Shown here piece by piece: positions 63,206-64,000 of a stretch of 64,000 bases of DNA. Position numbers and translations under genes: made by a program. Positions within the stretch are counted from its first letter, which is position 1; every line of letters begins with the position of its first letter. The DNA is from Octopus sinensis (Eukaryota). The notes under the pieces are model-generated. The model saw only the letters and a list, made by a program, of their open reading frames with translations, had not been told where the DNA came from and did not search any database. The DNA is taken from the NCBI RefSeq assembly GCF_006345805.1, contig NC_043003.1, forward strand, positions 93,310,001 through 93,374,000, given 5' to 3'.

Positions 63206-64000
63206 TGTACCCGTGATTTATGGGTGAAATGGGTAAGGGTAAAGAGAAAGGGAAGGGTAGTTAAGAATAGGAGATCTAGCAACTATGTGTTAGCTGGGTT
63301 CATTGAAGGCTTTGAGTTAAATGATCATGAGTACAATGCTCACTGGTAAGATTAGTACTTTTCACTTCACTCTCACATGTAAGTTGGCCTTCTACCTTGT
63401 CCATATATTTTGTTCCTTTTGCTGTAATCTCCTCCTCATCATCATCCCATCATATTATTTTACATCTCTTTTCCATGTTAGCATAAATTGGATGGGTCAT
63501 TACTGTCCAAATTATTTCTTATTTAGAGTTACAGCTTTCGAAGACGGGTTGGAAGACCACATTTTGTTTGACCGTTCCAGTTTTGGTTTAATTTGGCTGG
63601 TTACTTAACCAGTTTACAGAGTGTAATGGACACATTTTACCAGGGCGCATTCACAAGAGAGATTATCATTTCTTCAGTAAGATATAAGGATTCTCTCTTC
63701 TCTAAATGTTTTCTTGTCCGATCACTTGTCCGATCATTGATTACATCTTTATCATTGCAACATCACTAAGAAAGACAGTATGGACAAGATGTAATGGGAG
63801 AGAGACAATGACAGCTTATGTTTGCTGGCAAAGAGAAGAAGGAGAAAGTCATAAAGATGGATGAGGGCAAGAGACAGTGATAAATTTGAAATGTTTTTTT
63901 CACTCCCATCACTCCAGTCCGAAACGGTTTTGGCCATTTTTTTCACTATGCATATAAAACACACGAGAAACAGTTTCGGTTTTTTTTTAAATTGTTAATA

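Noticed and set aside
63321-63608. Possible exon RVTAFEDGLEDHILFDRSSFGLIWLVT
   Set aside because: No recognisable homology or partner exon; flanked by repeat-like sequence.

Overview
Eukaryotic, AT-rich, repeat-dense genomic DNA. The SINE/RTE-tail repertoire and microsatellite load point to an octopus (coleoid cephalopod) genome; this is an inference. One complete protein-coding gene is supported: ERGIC2 (Erv41 orthologue) on the + strand, with 10 coding exons from 13463 to 58981, all introns GT-AG and phase-consistent, 431 aa. Intron 6 carries, on the same strand, an uninterrupted 93-codon frame for the C-terminal part of a FAM162/UPF0389 (DUF1075) protein with no N-terminus. It lies next to a cluster of fold-back inverted duplications at about 43-45.8 kb. 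The rest is transposon-derived: tRNA-derived SINEs, RTE and CR1-like LINE fragments, a full-length decayed mariner, maT/Tc1-like fragments, hAT- and Tc2-like MITEs, a Helitron-like end and Penelope-like remnants. The most notable unannotated signal is a set of minimal type-I hammerhead ribozyme motifs, including a complete one on the sense strand of ERGIC2 intron 5 (28387-28472). Repeat boundaries and identities were judged by eye and are approximate. Exon and hairpin coordinates were counted base by base.
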